NCBI GenBank assembly: GCA_039933735.1
Contig: JBDTNM010000001.1
Location: 1 to 59,181 of the forward strand
Direction: 5' to 3'
Length of the DNA stretch: 59,181 bases
Source of the DNA: a bacterium
GTDB taxonomy: Bacteria > Chloroflexota > Dehalococcoidia > Tepidiformales > Tepidiformaceae
Positions 53,492-59,181 of the stretch are shown piece after piece (positions within the stretch are counted from its first letter, which is position 1; the number at the start of each line of letters is the position of its first letter). The notes beneath the pieces are model-generated. The model did no database searches. It was not told the DNA's origin and saw nothing but the letters and a program-made list of their open reading frames with translations. The position numbers and the translations under genes are program-made.

Positions 53492-54670
53492 TTACTGCCT
53501 GGCGGATGACCGTCGGGCGGAGGCCACGCCTACGAGGCTGAGCAGCGCTACGACCAAGCCTGCCGCGACGAGCATCGGCGATTCAGGAAACCCGCTGGGT
53601 GCGGACTGGGAATCTCCCGTCGCTGGAGCAAGCGGAGTTGCCGACGAGGGAACTTGCGACGGGGAACCGACCGGAGTAACCGGCGGGAACTGCGCCTGGG
53701 GAGTCGAGTTCGGTGGACCCACCGGAATGGTCGGCTGAACTGGTGGCGGTAACTGGCCCTGAGGGGTGCTATTTGGCGCTTCCGGGGTTGAGGAGGGGGA
53801 GACCGGTGACGTAGGCGTGGAGACCGGTGACGTAGGCGTGGAAACCGGTGACGTAGGCGTGGAAACCGGTGACGTAGGCGTGGAAGCCGACGAGGTCGGC
53901 GTTGAGGCCGGTGACGTAGGCGTGGAAGCCGACGACGTCGGCGTTGAGGCGGGTGCCGTCGGCGTACTTGTGGGCACGATGACGTCGTTAGTCACAGTCG
54001 CATGGCAGATGACGAGCGCGCCACCGCCGTTGCCAGAGCCGTTGCACTGATCGATATTGATCGGAAGGCCACTTGCTACCGTCGAACCATTCGTAACGCT
54101 GCAGAGGAAGCCGGCGTTCGTGCCCCCGTTGCCAGAGCCGTTGCACTGGCCAACGGTCGCCTGCCCTATCGATGTGACGCCGGCGGTATTCGCCGGGGTA
54201 CAGGTTCCGGGAGCGCCGGGGCCGGTTATAATGGAATCAACGCACTGATAGATGGCGGCTGGCGCCGAACCCGGAACCGAGCCCTCGAAGTGATTGGCGA
54301 CACTGACGGTACAAATCACGCTACCACCACCGCCATTTCCTGAGCCGTTGCACTGCTGAACCGTAGTGACCGGCGCCGAAAGAACGCTGACAGTAGTCGT
54401 GCAAGTGAGCGTTGGGAGTGGGCCCGCGGCTCCCACGCAACGGGTCATCGTGAGCGTCGAGGGCGGAGAACTTGCAAGGCCGCCGCCGGCTGCGATGTAG
54501 TTGTCCACTAGGACTGTACAGGCGACTTCTTGGCCGCCGACATTCATTTCGCCGTTGCACTGTGGGGGCGCCGGGGCAGCCAGGGCGCTTTCGCTGTTGG
54601 CTCCGAGCCCACTGAATCCGGCCACTGCGAGCGCGAGTGCCGCGGCAACGCCTACCCAAGTTCGTTTCAT
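53492..54670 (-). CDS. secreted, C-terminally membrane-anchored repeat protein (four Cys-bracketed CNGSGNGG modules plus STPTSP repeats)
   Basis: ATG 54670 (MKRTWVGVAAALALAVAGFSGLGA signal). Modules are QCNGEMNVGGQEVACTV, QCNGSGNGGGGSVICTV, QCNGSGNGGTNAGFLCSV and QCNGSGNGGGALVICHA. Then (A/V)STPTSP x ~8, a Pro-rich segment, and a C-terminal TM plus RRSSARQ. Confidence 0.7.
   Translation of the reverse strand: MKRTWVGVAAALALAVAGFSGLGANSESALAAPAPPQCNGEMNVGGQEVACTVLVDNYIAAGGGLASSPPSTLTMTRCVGAAGPLPTLTCTTTVSVLSAPVTTVQQCNGSGNGGGGSVICTVSVANHFEGSVPGSAPAAIYQCVDSIITGPGAPGTCTPANTAGVTSIGQATVGQCNGSGNGGTNAGFLCSVTNGSTVASGLPINIDQCNGSGNGGGALVICHATVTNDVIVPTSTPTAPASTPTSSASTPTSPASTPTSSASTPTSPVSTPTSPVSTPTSPVSTPTSPVSPSSTPEAPNSTPQGQLPPPVQPTIPVGPPNSTPQAQFPPVTPVGSPSQVPSSATPLAPATGDSQSAPSGFPESPMLVAAGLVVALLSLVGVASARRSSARQ
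53801..53968. repeat. 21-bp tandem repeat, 8 units, inside the CDS above
   Basis: Units of GACCGGTGACGTAGGCGTGGA and variants were read directly. The first four units are near-identical and the last four more diverged. They encode the STPTSP(V/A) heptad on the minus strand. Confidence 0.85.
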
Positions 54671-55125
54671 ATGATCGTTCTCCCGTCGGATTCCGTCGGT
54701 CGGAACTGGTCGACTCTTCTGACTATCGGGATGCGATCGATAGCTCCGTAGGGGACGCCCGGGCACCGGTTCGGTTCAAAGATCGGTTGTAAGCGGCTGC
54801 ACCGAACCCGCTCGGTCGGCGCAGCAACGAGTCAGAGGGGACCGCACCACCACGCTCAGCCAACGGGCTCTCAGCTCATCCCTGGCGAAAGTCTGCTCAG
54901 GCGGTTTCAAAGGGCACACCAACTTGCGTTCGTGGTGCGGCTGATGTCGGGGAGTCTGAGTCGAAAGCTTACTCGCCGGGATTCTCGTCCAAGCCGAACT
55001 GCGCCCGTCCTCTGAAGTCGAGCTCCTCCGCTCACTCCTCAACCGCCCCGCCGAGTGCTAGCATCCGACACTGCGTTTCTCTTGGCATGGAGCGCAACCC
55101 TTGATGGAAAGTGCAGGACTCGACG

Positions 55126-55788
55126 ATGCGACGCATCCTCCTCGTGGCTCTTTGCGCTTGTGCCGTATTGGCCTTCGCTTGTAGTAGTTCCGACGGCGAC
55201 GACGGCAGCGGCACAACCTCTGACTCAACGGCAACGCCAAATCCGAACGACACCGAAATCGCGCGCTCGATGCTCCTTACGATCAGCGATTTCCCGACCG
55301 GTTGGGCCGAGAGCACTTCTGCGGACGAGAACAGTCCTCTGGACAAGTGCCAAACAGAAACCGACACGCCGAATCGGGCGTCGGCTGACTTCGCGAAGGG
55401 GAGTGGCAACACGTCGATCTCCCAAACGGCGGCGGTGTTCCCTTTAGCCGAGGATGCCCAGAAGTCAATAGACGGCTATCGCTCCCGGCTGGATTGCGCA
55501 GTGAAGCTCATTAACGATGGCAAGCTCGACAACAAAGACACGTCGTACGTTGATGCGAAGGTCGGCGCGCTTTCGTTCCCTGCCTTGGGAGAGCAGTCCA
55601 CAGCGCTTCGCCTGACGATGACCGCGAAGCCGAAGAACACAACGGGCTCGATCGCCATCTTCTTCGACGTGGTCCTGGTAAGGAAAGGCCGAACGGCGTT
55701 CAGCCTGCTCGCCACCGATGTTCTATCGCCATTCAATTCAAACGACCTGGAGGCGTTCGTTCGGAAGGCCGCCCAAAAGCTCCCGTAA
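55126..55788 (+). CDS. putative secreted lipoprotein
   Basis: MRRILLVALCACAVLAFAC followed by SSSDGDDGSG (lipobox). Internal ATG of ORF 55111..55788. Confidence 0.65.
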   Translation: MRRILLVALCACAVLAFACSSSDGDDGSGTTSDSTATPNPNDTEIARSMLLTISDFPTGWAESTSADENSPLDKCQTETDTPNRASADFAKGSGNTSISQTAAVFPLAEDAQKSIDGYRSRLDCAVKLINDGKLDNKDTSYVDAKVGALSFPALGEQSTALRLTMTAKPKNTTGSIAIFFDVVLVRKGRTAFSLLATDVLSPFNSNDLEAFVRKAAQKLP

Positions 55789-55933
55789 CGACCTTCAGGG
55801 ACTGGCCCGCGGCGCCCCGTTCCGACCGCTCCGAACCTCGGAGGAGGCACTTCTCTGCAAAGACCGAACGCATCCTCCGGGCTCGCGCTCGAATCGACGG
55901 ATATCTCACGGAACGCGAGTTAGAATCCAGCGC

Positions 55934-56173
55934 GTGAATCAGGACATCGTTGACGCCGCCCGCCTGCTTGGCGTCACGCCAGCAAGGATGAGCCGCGAAC
56001 TCGCCAGCGCCATCCGCCGCTCCGAGCCAGACGCCCGCGAAGTCTACGGCGTCATCAACGCCCGCCGCTTCGTTGGCCGGCGCGATCCGACCGGCGATTG
56101 GACCGTCTCACTCGAGCATCGCCCCCAGCCATGGGAGCGCCCAGTTCATCTGCCGCACGGCGACTCCGGGTAG
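55934..56173 (+). CDS. small HTH-like protein (79 aa), intact copy A of a triplicated sequence
   Basis: GTG 55934: VNQDIVDAARLLGVTPARMSRELASAIRRSEPDAREVYGVINARRFVGRRDPTGDWTVSLEHRPQPWERPVHLPHGDSG. Partial paralogous copies lie at 56747-56942 and 58189-58284. Confidence 0.45.
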   Translation: MNQDIVDAARLLGVTPARMSRELASAIRRSEPDAREVYGVINARRFVGRRDPTGDWTVSLEHRPQPWERPVHLPHGDSG

Positions 56174-56463
56174 GTCCGCACCTTCTGCCCCGCCGGCACG
56201 CGCCTCACCGTCACGATGTACGTCCATTCCTCGGGCTCGGGCTGCTTCGAGCCACGTTTGCCAACGTGTGGGGCCGTGTTCGCATCGTCGGCAATCCCCA
56301 TGAACGCCAACAAGGCGGAACGCGGGACACGCCAGGTGCTCCCAACCTTGAAGCCGCCGAGTTCCTTGCGGTACAGCGCCTCGTAGACCGTGCTCGGGCT
56401 CACGCCGAGGATTTCCGCCGCAGCCCGTACGCCGAACGTCGGCTTGTCCGGGATTCCTGCCAT
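56146..56463 (-). CDS. excisionase-family helix-turn-helix DNA-binding protein
   Basis: FGVRAAAEILGVSPSTVYEALYRKELGGFKVGSTWRVPRSALLAFM is the MerR-like/excisionase HTH_17 pattern. Confidence 0.7.
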   Translation of the reverse strand: MAGIPDKPTFGVRAAAEILGVSPSTVYEALYRKELGGFKVGSTWRVPRSALLAFMGIADDANTAPHVGKRGSKQPEPEEWTYIVTVRRVPAGQKVRTYPESPCGR

Positions 56464-56746
56464 CGATGCTCACCTCATCATCTTGCTCGACCGAGAATCC
56501 AGCGGTCCCGGACAACGAAACAGCGCCCGGATTACCGGGCACTGGGATGAATCTCCGCGTGGTGGACGCTACACGAGGTCCCACGCGCTCTTGCTGCCAT
56601 AGCGCTCCTGCGGGCCTTCGACGATGAACACGTCGTTTCCCGCCAGCCCGTCTAGATACTCGCCTTCTCCATCGCCAAAGGCCTGACATTCTTCGTCATG
56701 CGGCTCGCCGACGCGGTGGTCGCAATCGCACTCGTCGTTCCCCAGC

Positions 56747-56942
56747 ATGTCGCGGGTCACCACCCCCTGCACTCCGCGTTCCATTCGCCGCTCTGAACCG
56801 GATGCCCGCGAGGTCTACGGGGTCATCAATGCCAGACGATTCGTGGCTCGCCCGGGGGCGCGACCACATCCGGTGGATCGTCTCCGTGGAGGCCCGGCGG
56901 CAGCCGTGGGACGGACCGACGAACGGCACGCACCGGGGCTGA
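56747..56942 (+). repeat. copy B: 5'-altered, frameshifted paralogue of the 55934 gene
   Basis: SIRRSEPDAREVYGVINARRFVA is encoded with almost only synonymous differences from copy A. Homology then continues in another frame (RDHIRWIVSVEARRQPWDGPTNGTHRG) after the G-run at ~56852-56859. Confidence 0.6.
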
Positions 56943-56981
56943 GCAACCGAGGTTCCGGGCGCTCCTCGCCTCCGCCGAGAT

Positions 56982-57575
56982 TCACGTGCGGGAGAGTTGA
57001 GCTAGTGCGGTGCCGGGAGGTCCTGAGTTCAGCCGCTCAATGATCCTCCGTGCGCAATCATCAGACGAAGTGCTCGTGGTATCGACCTCTATGTCGTAGG
57101 ACGCGTGCTCGTGAGCCTTCGCAGCCATGCCTACTGCAGCCCCCACCCTCCGATCCCCACGCTGTAGCTCGCGTTGCACGAGGACATCGATGTCGCAGCG
57201 CACACCGACGAACAACGAGTCAAAAGGAGAAAACGAGTCGGCGCACTCCTTCAGCAGCTGTTCATCAAGGCTCACGTCATCGAAGACGACATTGTTCCCA
57301 GCGAGCGCAAGCGCCGCGGCGGCGCGGTAGCCGCCTGCGAGCAGCCGCATCCCAGCAGGCATGGGGTCACACCATACGCCGCCTCCTGGTGCCGGCCGCC
57401 AGTAGTGGATGGAGTGGTCTTCGAATGCCGAGGCGGAGCCCATGGAAAGGAAGGTGTCGATACCGCAGACGAGCCACACTTCGGGATGAAGCAGTTCCTG
57501 AAGGGCGCCGGCGATCGAGCTCTTGCCCGCGCTCGAAGTGCCGTTTAGACAGACGATCCGACCAGGTGGCGGCAT
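56982..57575 (-). CDS. chloramphenicol-phosphotransferase-like (CPT family) P-loop kinase
   Basis: ATG 57575 preferred: MPPPGRIVCLNGTSSAGKSSIAGAL (Walker A), LVCGIDTF, VVFDDV. Length ~197 aa. Confidence 0.65.
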   Translation of the reverse strand: MPPPGRIVCLNGTSSAGKSSIAGALQELLHPEVWLVCGIDTFLSMGSASAFEDHSIHYWRPAPGGGVWCDPMPAGMRLLAGGYRAAAALALAGNNVVFDDVSLDEQLLKECADSFSPFDSLFVGVRCDIDVLVQRELQRGDRRVGAAVGMAAKAHEHASYDIEVDTTSTSSDDCARRIIERLNSGPPGTALAQLSRT

Positions 57576-57708
57576 AGGCGTCAGGGTAAGCGAAGAGCGC
57601 TCAGATTGCTGCGCGGCCCCGCACCAACCGTAGTTCGTCAACGTGACCCAACGCGCCGGTTCGGCGATTCGAATGTTTAGCACTTATTAAGTAGAGTCTG
57701 CCTGCTGC

Positions 57709-58110
57709 GTGGATTCGCTGCCCATTCGCCCGCTCCTCGCTGGGTCTGCAGTTTATCTCGAAAGGCCGACCCTAATTCCGATGACACACGACCCGGTAGG
57801 CGATGCGGCTCTTGGTCCTTTGCGCGATCTGCTCCAACGCTACCTTCAGGTGGTAGATGTCCTGAATTCAGCGATTGATGCCCTAAGTGAGCAGATCGAA
57901 CCGTTGAGTGAAGCGAGCGGATCGCCCCCTCAGCGCACGCACGCGTCGGATTCCAACGTCATAAGCATCGACCAGAGACACGAGTTCCAATCGATCCTCG
58001 CGTTCCAAGATCGGCTATCAGAAGTGCTGGGAGTCGCCACGGTGACCCTCGAAAGAAACGGCGACGGCGGATTTCGATTCCTCGTTGAGATGGAGGAACC
58101 TTCGTCGTGA
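57709..58110 (+). CDS. hypothetical protein
   Basis: ORF with GTG start (or ATG 57781). No motif recognised. Confidence 0.3.
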   Translation: MDSLPIRPLLAGSAVYLERPTLIPMTHDPVGDAALGPLRDLLQRYLQVVDVLNSAIDALSEQIEPLSEASGSPPQRTHASDSNVISIDQRHEFQSILAFQDRLSEVLGVATVTLERNGDGGFRFLVEMEEPSS

Positions 58111-58188
58111 GACAGGCGATGTCTCTCGGCCGCGGAGCCGGCACGGAACAGATTTCACTCTGTCTGCGACCGGCCCAACTCCCTTCCG

Positions 58189-58284
58189 CCATTCGTCAGC
58201 CTGTTCCGCTCTGCGAACCGTCTCGCTCAAGCATCGCCCCAAGCTATGGGAGCGCCCCGGTCATCTGCCGAACGGCGAGTCCGA
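58189..58284 (+). repeat. copy C: internally deleted remnant of the 55934 gene 3' end
   Basis: 58216-58284 aligns with 56100-56168 with 9 mismatches in 69 nt by hand count. It encodes TVSLKHRPKLWERPGHLPNGESE versus TVSLEHRPQPWERPVHLPHGDSG in copy A. Confidence 0.6.
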
Positions 58285-58324
58285 GCACGTGCGTCCCGAG
58301 GGAATGCGACGGATTCTTAGCTCT

Positions 58325-59134
58325 TTAGCGAACTCCACTCCGGTTCCGCAACTCCTCCGACTGCTCCCGCTCCCACGTCTCCAGCTCTTGGCGCTGCTTT
58401 TCGTGCATCCATTCCCTGGCGTGCTTCTCCTTGGGCGTCCCTCGGATCGCATCCCAATCGACGGCGAGCCTCAGGGTGTCGATATGGTCGCCACTGGCGC
58501 CCGTCAGCGAGAACTCCTCATCAAATATGGATACTTCCTCCGCCAGCTTGAAGATTGCATCGCGCAGTCCGTCGAGTAGCGCCGCCGACTCCTGATGCAT
58601 CAGCGGCTCCCCTATCGCAGCCTCGATGTCGTCGAACACCGATTCCATCGAGAGCACATCCCACCAACGCAATGCGAGAGCCTCTTCGACTGAGGCCAAC
58701 GAGTACCGTCGAAATTGTTCCCAGTCCTTGGGGGTTCGCCGCTCCTCGTGTTGAATAAGGCGCCCCCATCCAATCGGGACGGCTCGCGAGGTATCCCAGG
58801 GCGCTGGCAAAGGCGGCACCGGCTTCTTCGCAACTGCCTCCAGCGACTCAACGTACGCTCCGTAAGCGCGGGCGATGCGAACCAAATGAAACTCAAGCTC
58901 CGCGTTCGCCATCCACTCCAACAGGATGATCAAGAGTCCCCGCGCCTCATCGCTGGCGTGTTCGACCGCGGCGCAAATGCGATGCATCTCTGGCTTATCC
59001 TGCGGCGGGCAGAAACGCACCACTCGCTCGTCGACCTTTTCGCCCTGACGCCAGGCGCGAAGCCAAAGCACGGCCCGCTCTCTTGCGGTAAGTTCGCTGG
59101 TGAGCGCATCGAGGCGCCGGTCGATGGCTACCAT
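58325..59134 (-). CDS. hypothetical protein
   Basis: 276-aa ORF with coding-like composition; ATG 59134 (MVAIDRRLDAL) preferred. No motif recognised. Confidence 0.45.
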   Translation of the reverse strand: MVAIDRRLDALTSELTARERAVLWLRAWRQGEKVDERVVRFCPPQDKPEMHRICAAVEHASDEARGLLIILLEWMANAELEFHLVRIARAYGAYVESLEAVAKKPVPPLPAPWDTSRAVPIGWGRLIQHEERRTPKDWEQFRRYSLASVEEALALRWWDVLSMESVFDDIEAAIGEPLMHQESAALLDGLRDAIFKLAEEVSIFDEEFSLTGASGDHIDTLRLAVDWDAIRGTPKEKHAREWMHEKQRQELETWEREQSEELRNRSGVR

Positions 59135-59181
59135 CTCGACCCCACACCAACGCACCTTCGTGATACAGCTGCCGAACCGTC

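Larger units (their letters stand above)
27404..59181. mobile_element. putative integrated element(s) / mosaic genomic island inserted in comM; right junction not seen in window
   Basis: The left junction is defined by the comM truncation and an abutting serine recombinase. The interior carries a second (tyrosine) recombinase, nuclease/defence-type genes, a tRNA 3' fragment, a metal-resistance module and an excisionase-type HTH. No comM 3' portion is recognisable downstream. Confidence 0.5.

Noticed and set aside
53801-53968. Possible CRISPR array, given the regularly spaced repeats.
   Set aside because: The units are directly tandem 21-mers without spacers. They lie in frame inside a CDS and encode STPTSP. 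No cas genes are in the window.
11204-55788. Possible paralogy between the lipoproteins at 11204..11854 and 55126..55788. Both have an acidic Gly/Asp stretch after the lipobox and a ...VRKKAA/VRKAAQK C-terminus.
   Set aside because: The similarity is limited to compositional features and a few C-terminal residues. That is not enough to claim homology without an alignment.
56569-56784. 71-aa acidic minus-strand ORF (…MLGNDECDCDHRVGEPHDEECQAFGDGEGEY...).
   Set aside because: It may be real, but it has no SD or motif. It also overlaps the start of repeat copy B on the opposite strand, so it was left uncalled.

Overview
High-GC bacterial chromosomal window; codon usage looks Actinomycetota- or Chloroflexota-like, but the taxon cannot be fixed from sequence alone. 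Positions 1-27.4 kb look like ordinary chromosome. They carry tandem alpha/beta hydrolases, an SLT transglycosylase, DinB, PHP and LysR genes, a CBS-korA-korB-terminator-CBS cluster, a tandem HD-GYP protein, an orphan histidine kinase, a MocR regulator, a HerA/YjgR-like ATPase, an amidohydrolase, msrA and a P-type cation ATPase. At about 27.4 kb the comM/yifB gene is cut just after its NPCPC motif. The cut is made by inserted DNA that opens with a large serine recombinase, and no comM 3' part is visible downstream. From there to the window end the content is mosaic accessory or mobile DNA. The most interesting locus is a translationally coupled pair at 29.4-31.9 kb: an unknown 260-aa protein plus an enlarged 584-aa QueC-like PP-loop ATPase. 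This pair is sandwiched between the serine recombinase and a tyrosine integrase, and may be an orphan QatB/QatC-like defence core. Next come two unknown genes and two adjacent modification-dependent-type nucleases (PUA-like-HNH, and a frameshifted SRA-PD-(D/E)xK). A LysM-DUF3761 protein, a pair of secreted lamin-tail-domain proteins (one fused to a ComEC-like MBL domain) and a tRNA 3'-end-like fragment follow. A copper island then carries a CPD-variant P1B ATPase, a BlaI/CopY-M56 pair, a cupredoxin lipoprotein and two copies of a 17-bp palindromic operator candidate. Further right are a radical-SAM / RAM-domain / DoxX cluster (the RAM gene has an in-frame TGA), a repeat-rich secreted protein with a 21-bp x 8 tandem repeat, and three diverged copies of a small gene next to an excisionase-type HTH. 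All homology calls come from motif recognition by eye; no searches were run.
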